Shown: positions 38,091-47,579 of the stretch, one piece after another | How the letters are laid out: the number at the start of each line of letters is the position of its first letter | Position numbering within the stretch: position 1 is the first letter of the stretch | Assembly: GCA_963695225.1 (NCBI GenBank) | Contig: OY968762.1 | Coordinates: 1,952,001-2,016,000 of the forward strand | DNA from: Vulcanimicrobiota bacterium | GTDB taxonomy: Bacteria > Vulcanimicrobiota > Vulcanimicrobiia > Vulcanimicrobiales > Vulcanimicrobiaceae | Direction: 5' to 3' | Length of the DNA stretch: 64,000 nt | Translations under genes and position numbers: made by a program | The notes under the pieces: generated by a model | Told to the model about the DNA's origin: nothing | Database searches by the model: none | Seen by the model: only the letters and a program-made list of their open reading frames with translations

Positions 38091-39070
38091 AGACGAACCG
38101 CGCCGAGCGTCCCGACCCAGCCCCGCAAGCGCTCCTCCAAGCTTTCGAGCACGTCCGGCGTGCAGGCCGCCGTCACGCAGGGATCGGAGCACCAGGGCCG
38201 CCAGCGGCGCAGGTTCGACGCCTCGCAGCCGTCCGCTTCGAAGAGCACGAAGGCCGGGACGCCGGTCATCCCCGCGACGTGCGCCGCCCCCGTGTCGGGC
38301 GCGATCAAGGCGCGCGCCCCTGCGATCGCCGCCTTCCAGTCGCGCAGCGAGGGCGTCGGTTCGAGCCGCATCCCCGCGGCCGCGGCGATCGCGCGCGCGC
38401 CTTCGGGATCGGCCGGATCGCCGAGCGCGCTCACCGGCCCGAAACGCGCGAGATAAGCGAACGCCCCGATCTGCCGCTCGGGGGAGAAGCCGTAGCGGGC
38501 GTACTTCGGCGAGAGTTGGACGACGATCCGATCTCCGGCCGCGACGGGCTCGTCGAGGATGAGCGGGCGCAGGCGCGCCGGGTCGCGCGTCGGCCGCGCT
38601 TCGCCGTGCAGGCCGGCGCCGAGTTCGAACAACGTCTCGACTTCGTTACGCCGTTCGCGCCGGCCCGACGCCGGACGGACGAGCGCGCGCGTGAGCTGGC
38701 GGCGCGTCCAGAGGCTCTTGAGCGGCTTCTCCCACGCGTTCGTGAAGCCGACGCGAACGCGGGCGCCCGCTTCGCGCGCGAAGCGGTACGACTCCGGCTC
38801 TTCCGAGGGGATCAGCGCGATCTCGTACGCGCGTTCGCGCGCCCCGGCGAGAGCCGCGGCGTAGCTCTCGGGCGTGGAACCGTGGAGCGGCCAAGGCACT
38901 CTTTCCACGACGTGCCGCGCGCCGAACGCGGCGGGAGCGAAGGCGTCCGCGTTGCGCGTCGAGAGCACGGCGCCGAGTTCGTGCCCCGCGTCGCGGAGCG
39001 CGGCGACGAGCGGCGCGAGCACCAGCGCGTCGCCGATCCCGTCGCTGCGAACGAGCAGGATCCGGCTCAT
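38087..39070 (-). CDS. GT9 (heptosyltransferase-like) glycosyltransferase
   Basis: RSDGIGDALV, PDTGAAHVA, RWRP motifs. Confidence 0.88.
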   Translation of the reverse strand: MSRILLVRSDGIGDALVLAPLVAALRDAGHELGAVLSTRNADAFAPAAFGARHVVERVPWPLHGSTPESYAAALAGARERAYEIALIPSEEPESYRFAREAGARVRVGFTNAWEKPLKSLWTRRQLTRALVRPASGRRERRNEVETLFELGAGLHGEARPTRDPARLRPLILDEPVAAGDRIVVQLSPKYARYGFSPERQIGAFAYLARFGPVSALGDPADPEGARAIAAAAGMRLEPTPSLRDWKAAIAGARALIAPDTGAAHVAGMTGVPAFVLFEADGCEASNLRRWRPWCSDPCVTAACTPDVLESLEERLRGWVGTLGAVRL

Positions 39071-39963
39071 GCTTCCGTCTGCGTTTCGTTCCGCAGCACG
39101 CGCCGCAATTCGTTCGTGTAGAGCCCGTCGAGGAATTGCGCGCGCGCGAATTCGCGCAGGATGCCGGGCATTCGGCCGCTCTTCGCGATGCCCGCGTAGA
39201 GCGGGAGCGCCCACTCCGGTGCGGTCACGCTCGCCCGCAGCAGGTTCGCGGCGTACGCTCCCGTGGCGAGGCGCGCGCGCCAGCTCGGCTCCTTGCGCAG
39301 CAGGTGCTCGGCCATCCGGGCGCGCTCGACGGTCTTGCGCCCGATGATTTCGAGCGTCTCGCTCTGCGGCGGCTTGATGTGATAGAGGTACGCGTCCCAG
39401 TCGAACGCGCGCCGGACGCCCGCGCGGCGGAAGCGCAAGCCGAGCTCCGTGTCCTCCCACCCGTAAAGATCGAAACTCTCGTCGAAGGCGCCGGCGTCTT
39501 CGAGCGCGCGGCGCGGGACGGAGACGTTGCACGTGCACAGAAAGGCGCGCGAAAAGTTCGCCGCCGTCGGCTCGGGCCGGACTTCGTACGAGGGCACGTT
39601 CAGGATCGGCCCCGAGACCGCGCGCGCATGCGAAGCGTCGCGATGCGCGGCCGCATGCGCCGCGACGAACCCCGGCGGCGCCCACACGTCGTCGTCGACG
39701 AACAGGATCGTCTCCCCGCGCGCCCGCGCGATGCCGACGTTGCGCGCCGCTCCGCGGTTCGGCTGCGCGTGCTGCGCGAGCAGGAGCGGGAACGGCGAGT
39801 CGGCGAGCCGCCCGCGCACGAGCTCGGCCGTTCCGTCCCGCGAGCCGTTATCGACCACGATGACCTCGAACCGCGCGCCCCCCTGCTGCAGCGCGAACGA
39901 ATCGAGCGCGCGTCCGACGAACGGCGCACGATCCTTCGTCGCGATCACGACGGAGAGCATCAC
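39067..39963 (-). CDS. GT2 glycosyltransferase
   Basis: SVVIATKDR, DNGSRD, FVDDD, YGWEDTELG motifs. Confidence 0.92.
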   Translation of the reverse strand: MMLSVVIATKDRAPFVGRALDSFALQQGGARFEVIVVDNGSRDGTAELVRGRLADSPFPLLLAQHAQPNRGAARNVGIARARGETILFVDDDVWAPPGFVAAHAAAHRDASHARAVSGPILNVPSYEVRPEPTAANFSRAFLCTCNVSVPRRALEDAGAFDESFDLYGWEDTELGLRFRRAGVRRAFDWDAYLYHIKPPQSETLEIIGRKTVERARMAEHLLRKEPSWRARLATGAYAANLLRASVTAPEWALPLYAGIAKSGRMPGILREFARAQFLDGLYTNELRRVLRNETQTEA

Positions 39964-41207
39964 GCCCCCGCTTCGGCGGGGACGCCGAGGAGCGAGCGTG
40001 CGACCCGCGCGGCGGCGCCGGCGTGCGCCGCGTAGAGCGCTCGCAGCCGTTCGCTCGCGAGCGCGCGACCCGCGTCGTCGGCCAGATACTCGACGACGCG
40101 CGCGGCGACGCGCCCCGGCGTCAGCGTGCCGCGCAGTTCCGGCATCAGCATCTCCCCCGCGTCGATGTTCGGTTGCGCCGTCAGCGGGAAGCGCGCCGAG
40201 ACGCGCATGACGACCGCGCGTTTGAGCGGCGTGCCGGCGAGCGGAAGGCGGCCCAGATACTGCAGCGGTCCGTTCACGACCGCGAGCTCCGGCGCGTTGA
40301 GCGGCGTGCAGACGACGGTCGGGACGCCGAGCGCGGCGAGCTCGATGCACTTCGTGCCGGGAATCGTCAGCACGCAGCGCGCGCGAGAGGCGGCGCGCAT
40401 CGCGTCGTAGACGATCGGGAACGGCGGCGCATCGCCGAGCGGATGCAGCGCCGGGCCGTCCGGCGTATCGACGACGCGCCCGCGCGTGCCCCAGAAGCGG
40501 GGATCTCCGCCGCCGGCGAGCGCGGTCTCTAGTTCGCCGAGCTCGGTGAACGGGGAGATCCCGAACGCGATCGGGACGCCCGGGGCGAGCGCCCGCAAAC
40601 GAACGGCAGCCTGCAGGAAGAACGGGACGAGGTTCGCGATCTCGAGCCGGCGCGACCCCGGCATGATCAAGACCCCCCCGGCCCAATCGCTCGCCGCCGC
40701 GCGCGGAGCGCCGCTTCCGAAGCGGCCCGAGGCCTCGCCCAACGCCCCGTCGATCGCGAGGTTGCCGACGCGTTCGATCCGCTCGGGGAGGATGGACGCC
40801 GCGCGGATGTCGCGCTCGTTCGCTTCGTCGACCGCGTAGACGCATTCGAGCCGGTCGCGCAGCGAGCGCCGCGCGAACTTATAGGAACGCAGCCTGCCGC
40901 CGAGGCGATCGTTCACGCGCCCCGCGTGCATCAAATCTCCGCCCAGGAAGAGCACCTCGTCGACCCTCGGCGGCAAGCCGTCGAGCGTCGCGCCGAGCGC
41001 GAAGCGCAAGTACTCGCGCGACGGGACGATCCGCGCCTGCGGGAAGAGGCGCCGCACGACGTTCGGTTCGCGCCCCGTCGCGTAGTCGTCCGGGACGCAG
41101 AACAGCGTGACGTCGACGTCCGGATCCCGGCGGTACAATTCGAACAGGAGCGGCCTCAGCCACCCTGAGAGTTCACCCGGGCCGTTGCTCGTGATCGCGA
41201 TGCGCAG
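39960..41207 (-). CDS. Lipid-A-disaccharide synthase-related GT-B protein (LpxB-like); probable CTG start
   Basis: RIAITSNGPGELSGW N-terminus in frame upstream of the called ORF; VGNL, MPGSR, IPGT..ELAALG.P, PNI motifs. Confidence 0.72.
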   Translation of the reverse strand: MRIAITSNGPGELSGWLRPLLFELYRRDPDVDVTLFCVPDDYATGREPNVVRRLFPQARIVPSREYLRFALGATLDGLPPRVDEVLFLGGDLMHAGRVNDRLGGRLRSYKFARRSLRDRLECVYAVDEANERDIRAASILPERIERVGNLAIDGALGEASGRFGSGAPRAAASDWAGGVLIMPGSRRLEIANLVPFFLQAAVRLRALAPGVPIAFGISPFTELGELETALAGGGDPRFWGTRGRVVDTPDGPALHPLGDAPPFPIVYDAMRAASRARCVLTIPGTKCIELAALGVPTVVCTPLNAPELAVVNGPLQYLGRLPLAGTPLKRAVVMRVSARFPLTAQPNIDAGEMLMPELRGTLTPGRVAARVVEYLADDAGRALASERLRALYAAHAGAAARVARSLLGVPAEAGA

Positions 41208-41213
41208 TTCCGT

Positions 41214-41708
41214 CTACCCCCCGTAACTGCGCCGGATCAGCGCGACGAGATCCGTCGTGCTCTTCCCCGTCAGATGCGGCGCGAGCACGATCTCGCCACC
41301 GCCGGCAAGGACGGCCGTCCGCTCGGGCAGGTCCTCGATGCGGTATTGGCCGCTCTTCACGTGGACGTCCGGGCGAAGGCGCTCGATCAACGCCTCCGGC
41401 GTGCGTTGTTCGAAGCCGACCACCGCGTCGACGCTGCGCAGCCCCGCCAAGACCGCCGCGCGGTCCTCGAACGGGACGAACGGGCGCTCGGGCCCCTTGA
41501 GCGCGCGCACCGACGCATCGCTGTTGAGCCCGAGGATCAGCGCGTCGCCGCGCGCGCGCGCCCACGCAAGGTAGCCGACGTGCCCGGCGTGCAGCACGTC
41601 GAAGCAGCCGTTCGTGAAGACGACCCGCTTGCCCGCCGCGCGCCAGCGCTCGCGCAGCGCGACGGCTTCTTCGAGGCCGAGGATGGGGGCGGCGAACGCG
41701 TCAGCCAC
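41214..41708 (-). CDS. rfaE2: D-glycero-beta-D-manno-heptose 1-phosphate adenylyltransferase (RfaE domain II)
   Basis: FTNGCFDVLHAGH, GLNSDASV..LKGP.RP, STT motifs. Confidence 0.95.
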   Translation of the reverse strand: MADAFAAPILGLEEAVALRERWRAAGKRVVFTNGCFDVLHAGHVGYLAWARARGDALILGLNSDASVRALKGPERPFVPFEDRAAVLAGLRSVDAVVGFEQRTPEALIERLRPDVHVKSGQYRIEDLPERTAVLAGGGEIVLAPHLTGKSTTDLVALIRRSYGG

Positions 41709-42684
41709 GGGTGCCGGCCTCGACGAACGCGACGATCTCGTCCGGCGACGCCGTCGCCGTGCCGAGCTTCTCGACGACGGCGCCGGCGGCGTAGTTCGCG
41801 AGCTCGACGGCGAGCTTGACCGGCGCCTCCGCCGCGAGCGCGAGCGTCAACACCGCGATCACGGTGTCCCCCGCGCCGCTGACGTCGAAGACCGTGCGCG
41901 CGACGGAGGGGACGCGCAAGCTCTCGCCGTCGCGGCCGAAGAGCGCCATGCCGCGATCCCCGCGCGTGATGAGCACGTAGCGGCAGGCCAGCCGCTCGAG
42001 CAGCATCGCCCCGGCGCGATCGAGCGAGGCGTCGTCGACGATCGAGATGCCCGTCGCCTGCGCCGCCTCGTGGACGTTCGGCGCGACGCACGTCACGCCG
42101 GCGAACATCGCGAGATTCGCGGGCTTCGGATCGGCGGTGACGATGCCGCACGCGAGCGCGGCTTCGACGAGCGGCGCCGAGAAGAGCCCCTTCGCATAAT
42201 CGCTGAGCACGACGGCGTCGCACTCCTTCGCGAGGGCCGCCGTCGCCGAGCGAAGCCGTTCGCGATCGCTCGAGGCGAGCGGCGCCGACGATTCCCAATC
42301 CGCCCGGACGACCTGCTGGTTTTGCGCGACGATGCGCGTCTTGCGCGTCGTCGGCCGGTCGCCGAGCGTCAGGAGCGCGCCGCGATCGACCTGGATCGCA
42401 TCGAACATCGCGGCGACGCGCCGGCCCTCGGCGTCGTCCCCGACCGTCCCGGCGAAGGCGACGCGCGCGCCGATCGCCCGCAGGTTGTTCGCGACGTTCC
42501 CCGCGCCGCCCAGCGTGAACGAATGATCGCTCACCGCGACGACCGGGACCGGAGCCTCCGGCGAGATGCGCGAAACGCGCCCCCAGACCCACTCGTCGAC
42601 CATCACGTCGCCGACGACGAGGACGCGCTTGGCCCGCATCCGTTCGAACAGCGCGCGCAGGGAGGGCGCGGCCAGCTCAGGCAT
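41701..42684 (-). CDS. rfaE1: D-glycero-beta-D-manno-heptose-7-phosphate kinase (RfaE domain I)
   Basis: RISPEAPVPV, GGAGNVA, SDYAKG, DVSGAGDT motifs. Confidence 0.95.
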   Translation of the reverse strand: MPELAAPSLRALFERMRAKRVLVVGDVMVDEWVWGRVSRISPEAPVPVVAVSDHSFTLGGAGNVANNLRAIGARVAFAGTVGDDAEGRRVAAMFDAIQVDRGALLTLGDRPTTRKTRIVAQNQQVVRADWESSAPLASSDRERLRSATAALAKECDAVVLSDYAKGLFSAPLVEAALACGIVTADPKPANLAMFAGVTCVAPNVHEAAQATGISIVDDASLDRAGAMLLERLACRYVLITRGDRGMALFGRDGESLRVPSVARTVFDVSGAGDTVIAVLTLALAAEAPVKLAVELANYAAGAVVEKLGTATASPDEIVAFVEAGTRG

Positions 42685-43198
42685 GGACCGTCTCCAAGTA
42701 CCAGCGCACGCCCTCGAGCAGCGACTTCGCGCGCCACAAGGGCGGCGGCCCGGCGTAGTTCGGCAGCTCGTTCACGAGCACGCCCGGGATGCCCACGTTG
42801 ACCGCGAGCTGCATGTCGCTGCCGCGGTCGCCGAAGACGACGCTGCGCGCGCGATCGATCGGGAGATCCTCGAGCGCGCGTTGCACGAGCCCCGTCTGCG
42901 GTTTGCGGCAACGGCAATCCTCGAGGTGGGAACAGTAGTAGAACGCATCGAGCGAAATGCCGTCCGCCTCGAGGCGCCGCGCCAGCTCGGCGTTGACCCG
43001 CTCCACGTCGGATTCGCCGAAGTACCCGCGCGCGACGCCGGACTGATTCGTGATCACGACGCACAGAAAGCCCGCGTCGCCGAGCAGCCGCAACGCTTGC
43101 GGGACGCCGGGCAGCACTTCGATCCGCCGCGGATCGCCGATGAAGCCCGAGTCGAGCATCAGCGTGCCGTCGCGATCGAGGAACGCGGCCGGCTTCAT
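42677..43198 (-). CDS. gmhB: D,D-heptose 1,7-bisphosphate phosphatase
   Basis: FLDRDGTL, TNQSGVARG, C.H...C.CRKP, GDR.SD motifs. Confidence 0.93.
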   Translation of the reverse strand: MKPAAFLDRDGTLMLDSGFIGDPRRIEVLPGVPQALRLLGDAGFLCVVITNQSGVARGYFGESDVERVNAELARRLEADGISLDAFYYCSHLEDCRCRKPQTGLVQRALEDLPIDRARSVVFGDRGSDMQLAVNVGIPGVLVNELPNYAGPPPLWRAKSLLEGVRWYLETVHA

Positions 43199-43223
43199 CG
43201 CGTGCGCGGCCCCCGCCCGGCGC

Positions 43224-43793
43224 TCACGAGGCGAACGCCTGGTCGACGAGGTCGCAAATGATGTGCCCGAGCGTGATGTGCACCTCTTGGACGAGCGCCG
43301 AGGTTCCGTCGGGGCCGACCAACGCGATGTCCGCGATCTCGAGAACGGCGCCGCCGCCGTTTCCGGTGAACGCGATCGTCGTCGCGCCCAGCCGCTTGGC
43401 TTCATCGAGTCCGATCACGACGTTGCGCGAGTTCCCGCTCGTGGTGAGCCCGACGACGACGTCGCCCGGTTGCACGAACGCTTCGATCTGTCGCGCGAAG
43501 ACCGCTTCGTACCCGTAATCGTTCGCGATCGCGGTGACGGCCGACGAGTTCGTCGAAAGCGCCTCGGAAGGGAGCGCCCGCCGCTCGCGCAGGAAGCGGC
43601 CGCTGAATTCGGCGGCGAGATGCTGCGCGTCCGCGGCGCTTCCGCCGTTTCCCATCCAAAAGACCTTGCGCCCCGCGCTGAACGCCGCGATCAGCGTGCG
43701 CGCGATGCGCTCGCAAACGGCTTCGTAGCGCTCCGCATCGAGCAGGCCGCGGCGATCGTCGAGCAATTGGCGGAACGTGCGCTTCGAGTTCAC
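43224..43793 (-). CDS. gmhA: Phosphoheptose isomerase
   Basis: GNGGSAADAQHLAAE, NDYGY, TSGNS.NV, QEVH motifs. Confidence 0.96.
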   Translation of the reverse strand: MNSKRTFRQLLDDRRGLLDAERYEAVCERIARTLIAAFSAGRKVFWMGNGGSAADAQHLAAEFSGRFLRERRALPSEALSTNSSAVTAIANDYGYEAVFARQIEAFVQPGDVVVGLTTSGNSRNVVIGLDEAKRLGATTIAFTGNGGGAVLEIADIALVGPDGTSALVQEVHITLGHIICDLVDQAFAS

Positions 43794-44242
43794 GGTTCGA
43801 TCCAAAACATCTCTTCCCCGAGCGTCACGAGCGCGCCGTTCTCGGGGAGGATCCGGCGCACGATGCCCGCGTGATCGCTCGTGATCTCGTTCATCAGCTT
43901 CATCGCTTCGAGGATGCAGAGGACTTGCCCGACCTCGACGCGCTGCCCCACTTCGACGAACGGCTCGGCGCCCGGCGATTGCGAGCGATAGAACACGCCG
44001 ATGATTGGAGCCGAGATCTTCTTGAAATGCGCGGCCGCGACGGCCCCGCCCCCCGCCAGCGGGCTCGGCGCCGTCGCGGGGGCTTCGGCCGGCCCCGCCG
44101 CCACCGCCTGTCCAGCCGCGAGCGCGGGCTCGCACCGTACGAGCTCGTATTCGGTCTCTCCGACGCGCACGCTGAGCGCTTCGAGATCGTGCTCGCGCAT
44201 GATCTCGAGCAATTCCGCGATCCGCGTGGACTCGTGACTCAT
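43790..44242 (-). CDS. accB: Biotin carboxyl carrier protein of acetyl-CoA carboxylase
   Basis: APIIGVFY and EAMKLMNEI biotinylation motif. Confidence 0.95.
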   Translation of the reverse strand: MSHESTRIAELLEIMREHDLEALSVRVGETEYELVRCEPALAAGQAVAAGPAEAPATAPSPLAGGGAVAAAHFKKISAPIIGVFYRSQSPGAEPFVEVGQRVEVGQVLCILEAMKLMNEITSDHAGIVRRILPENGALVTLGEEMFWIEP

Positions 44243-45555
44243 ACCGCCTCCAAGGTGGCGCCGCCGCCCGGCGGCAAGGCTCGATACCAGTCGAGCAACG
44301 CGTCGGCATCGCGCGCCGCGTCGCGCGTCAAGGGACGATCGCTCTGCGAGCGCGTGACGAGATCCCGCACGCCGACGACGCCGCGGGCAAGCTCGTCGTC
44401 TCCAGCGATCAGCGCGATCCGCGCCCCGGCGCGGTCCGCGCGTTTGAATTGCGTCTGGATTTTTCCGGCGGCGAAATCGCTCGTCACCGCAAGCGTCCCG
44501 CTGCGCCTGCGCAGCTCGGCCAGGAGCGGGAACAGCGCCGCGCGCGCGGCGGCGCCGAGCGCGACGACCGCGATCCCTTCGCGGGGCGGCGGCGCCGGTT
44601 CGAGCGTCTTCTCGACGATCATCAGGAAGCGCTCGAGCCCGAGACCGAACCCGACGCCCGGCGTCGGAGGCCCCCCGAGCGAAGCGACGAGCCCGTCGTA
44701 CCGGCCGCCGCCGCAGACGGTGCTCTGCGCGCCGAGCGCGCTCGAGATGAACTCGAAGACGGTCCGGGTGTAGTAATCGAGTCCGCGCACGAGCTTTCGG
44801 TCGATCTCGTACCGGATGCCGACGGCGTCGAGGAGCGCGCGAACCTGCTCGAAGTGCGCTTGGCACTCGGCGCAGAGATGGTCGCCGAGCGTCGGGGCGG
44901 CCTCGACGAACGGCCGGTCCTCGGGCGCCTTGCTGTCGAGGATCCGCTCGGGATTGCGCTCCAAGCGGCGCTGCGAATCCGCCGAGAGCGCGTCGCGGTG
45001 GCGGCGGAAGTGTTCGAGCAGCGCGAGGCGGTAGGCCGGGCGGCAGCGCTCGTCGCCGAGCGTGTTGAGGTGCAGCACCGCGTCGCCGATGCCGTACGAG
45101 CGCACGAGTTCGTGCGCCATCTGGATCACTTCTACGTCCGCTTCCGGCTGGGCGTAGCCGAAGCACTCGACGCCGAACTGGTGCGCCTGACGGTAGCGCC
45201 CCGCCTGGGGACGTTCGTAGCGGAAGATCGGGCCGATGTAGTAGAGCCGCTGCGGGCCCTCGGCGAACAGATGGTGCTCGAGGAGCGCCCGCACGACGGG
45301 CGCCGTCCACTCCGGCCGGAGCGTCATCTGGCGGCCGCCCTTGTCGGTGAACGTGTACATCTCTTTTTCTACGATGTCCGTCGTTTCGCCGACGCCGCGC
45401 ACGAAGAGTTCGGTCGCTTCGAACATCGGCGTGCGGATCTCGCCGTAGCCGAAACGGCCGGAAATCTCGCGAATCCGGGCCTCCAGCGCCCGCCACCGCA
45501 CGCTGTTCGCGGGCAACAGGTCGACGGTGCCGCGCGGGGCGGTCAAGCTAGTCAT
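44239..45555 (-). CDS. hisS: Histidine--tRNA ligase
   Basis: PRGT.D, LRPE.TA, FRYERPQAGRYRQ, VRGLDYYT, GGGRYD motifs. Confidence 0.98.
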   Translation of the reverse strand: MTSLTAPRGTVDLLPANSVRWRALEARIREISGRFGYGEIRTPMFEATELFVRGVGETTDIVEKEMYTFTDKGGRQMTLRPEWTAPVVRALLEHHLFAEGPQRLYYIGPIFRYERPQAGRYRQAHQFGVECFGYAQPEADVEVIQMAHELVRSYGIGDAVLHLNTLGDERCRPAYRLALLEHFRRHRDALSADSQRRLERNPERILDSKAPEDRPFVEAAPTLGDHLCAECQAHFEQVRALLDAVGIRYEIDRKLVRGLDYYTRTVFEFISSALGAQSTVCGGGRYDGLVASLGGPPTPGVGFGLGLERFLMIVEKTLEPAPPPREGIAVVALGAAARAALFPLLAELRRRSGTLAVTSDFAAGKIQTQFKRADRAGARIALIAGDDELARGVVGVRDLVTRSQSDRPLTRDAARDADALLDWYRALPPGGGATLEAV

Positions 45556-45640
45556 CGGGTCCTTCTTTGGCAGCCGCAGTGCAAAATGCCTCGACGTCCG
45601 CGCGGAGACGGCGTGCGCCGCCGAGCCCGGCTGCCGGCTT

Positions 45641-45964
45641 CTATTCCGGGGCCAGCGTGACGGCGCGGGACGAAGCGCCGGGAGCCGCTCGGTAGAGCAT
45701 GCAGCGTGCGTCGTGCGGCGCTACGAACGGTACCGCGTGCCCTGCGGAGCAGCGCGTCGAGAGTTGCAGCGCGGGCGGCGCCGCCGTCACGCGGACGGGC
45801 TCGCCGTCGGGGCCGACGACGTGCGACATCGAGAACGCGTGCGAAACGGAGGCGGGAATCGCGGTCTCCCCGCAGGTTCCGCAGGTCAGGTCGGTCAGGT
45901 GTTCGACGTAGAGAAAACGGCCATCCATCGCCCGGTCGTTACGCCGTGGGGACGGCGCCTCCAT
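45641..45964 (-). CDS. Hypothetical small protein with CxxC and CxxxH motifs
   Basis: Fills the purH-hisS gap on the same strand; CGTC and CSAGH; start uncertain. Confidence 0.5.
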   Translation of the reverse strand: MEAPSPRRNDRAMDGRFLYVEHLTDLTCGTCGETAIPASVSHAFSMSHVVGPDGEPVRVTAAPPALQLSTRCSAGHAVPFVAPHDARCMLYRAAPGASSRAVTLAPE

Positions 45965-46010
45965 CTTCACGCACCCCCGGCGAGAGGAATTGCCGGCCGA
46001 TCCCCGCCCC

Positions 46011-47579
46011 CTAGTGCAGGAAATACCTGTAGGTCGAGAAGACGAGCGCGATCCCTGCGGCATCCGCAGCCGCGATCACCTCGGCGTCGCGGATCGAGCC
46101 GCTCGGCGCGATGACGGCGGTGGCGCCCGCCTCGGCCGCCGCGATCAGGCCGTCGGGGAACGGGAAGAATCCGTCGCTCGCGCAGGAGCCTCCGAGCGCG
46201 AACTCGCCCGCCCGCTCGCCCGCGATGCGCACGGCGCTGACGCGGTTCGTTTGCCCCGCGCACACGCCGCGCGTCACCCCGTCTCGCGCGATCACGACGC
46301 CGTTGCTCTTGACGTGCCGCACGACGTCCCAAGCGAACGCGAGATCGCGCCATTCCGCTTCGCTCGGGCGGCGCTGCGAAACGACGGTCCAGCGTTCCGG
46401 CGGCGCCGAGGGCTCGTCGTCTTCCGCGAGGACGCCGCCGAGGGCGCTGCGCACGCGCAACTCGGCGGCGAGTCGAGCGGGGAGCTCGGGCCGGTAGCGG
46501 ATCAGGCGCAGGTTCTTCTTGCGCTGCAGCAGCGCGAGGGCTTCGGCATCGAACGCCGGAGCGGCGACGATCTCGAGGAAGAACGTCGCGAGCGCACGCG
46601 CGCTCTCGAGATCGATCGTGGCGTCGACCGCGATGATCCCGCCGAAAGCGGAGACGGGATCGGCCTCGAGCGCGGCCCGGATCGCCTCCGCGGCACTCGG
46701 ACGCTCCGCAACGCCGCACGGCACGGTATGCTTGACGATTGCGGCACGCACGAACGGCGGCTGCGCGGGGACGTCGGGCGAGCCGAGCGGGGCGCGGACC
46801 AAGAGGCGCAACGTCGCGTCGAGGTCGAGGAGATTGTTGTAGGAGAGCGCCTTGCCGTGCAATTGCTCGGGGAGCTGCTCCGTGCGCGCGAGGTAGAACG
46901 CGGCGCGCGACTGCGGGTTTTCGCCGTACCGCAGCGGCTGCGCGAGCGGAAGCGTGAGCGCGAGGGAGCCCGGCAACTCGCTCGCGACGAACCCGGCTTC
47001 GAGATAGCGGGCGATCGACGCGTCGTATTCCGCGGTCCGTTCGAACGCGCGCGTGGCCAGACGCCGGCGCAGCGCGACGTCTTGGCCGCCGGTCAGCGAC
47101 GCGGCGACCGTCGGGTAATCCGCCGGGTCGACGACGACGCCGACGTGCGCGAAGTTCTTCGCGGCGGCGCGGATCAGCGAGACTCCGCCGATATCGATTT
47201 GCTCGATCGCCTCCGCCAGCGTCGCCCCGGGCTTCGCGACGGTCGCTTCGAACGGGTAGAGGTTCACGACGACCCAGTCGATGCGCGGCACGTCGTGCTC
47301 CGCGGCTTCGCTGAGGTGCGCGCCGTTCTCGCGATCGAACAGGATCCCCCCGAAGACGAGCGGATGGAGCGTCTTGACGCGTCCGCCGAAAAGGCTCGGG
47401 AAACCGGTCAGCTCGCCGACGTCGCGCGAGGGGATGCCGTGCGCCGCGAGGTGCGCGCGCGTCCCTCCCGTCGCGAACAGCTCGATGTGCGCCGCCGCCA
47501 GAGCGCGCGCCAAGTCGACGACGCCGGTCCGGTCCGAAACCGAGAGCAACGCGGCCGGGCGGGAATGGTTAGCTTGCAA
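46011..47579 (-). CDS. purH: Bifunctional AICAR formyltransferase/IMP cyclohydrolase
   Basis: LSVSD, GRVKTLHP, IDIGG, LRYGENPQ, LSYNN, KSN, SDGFFPF motifs. Confidence 0.97.
   Translation of the reverse strand: MQANHSRPAALLSVSDRTGVVDLARALAAAHIELFATGGTRAHLAAHGIPSRDVGELTGFPSLFGGRVKTLHPLVFGGILFDRENGAHLSEAAEHDVPRIDWVVVNLYPFEATVAKPGATLAEAIEQIDIGGVSLIRAAAKNFAHVGVVVDPADYPTVAASLTGGQDVALRRRLATRAFERTAEYDASIARYLEAGFVASELPGSLALTLPLAQPLRYGENPQSRAAFYLARTEQLPEQLHGKALSYNNLLDLDATLRLLVRAPLGSPDVPAQPPFVRAAIVKHTVPCGVAERPSAAEAIRAALEADPVSAFGGIIAVDATIDLESARALATFFLEIVAAPAFDAEALALLQRKKNLRLIRYRPELPARLAAELRVRSALGGVLAEDDEPSAPPERWTVVSQRRPSEAEWRDLAFAWDVVRHVKSNGVVIARDGVTRGVCAGQTNRVSAVRIAGERAGEFALGGSCASDGFFPFPDGLIAAAEAGATAVIAPSGSIRDAEVIAAADAAGIALVFSTYRYFLH

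Noticed and set aside
34806..40845. Apparent long N-terminal extensions or fusions on GT ORFs, accB, gmhA, photolyase and acyl-CoA dehydrogenase
   Set aside because: The ORF caller used the most upstream start; the extensions overlap neighbouring real genes and are low complexity
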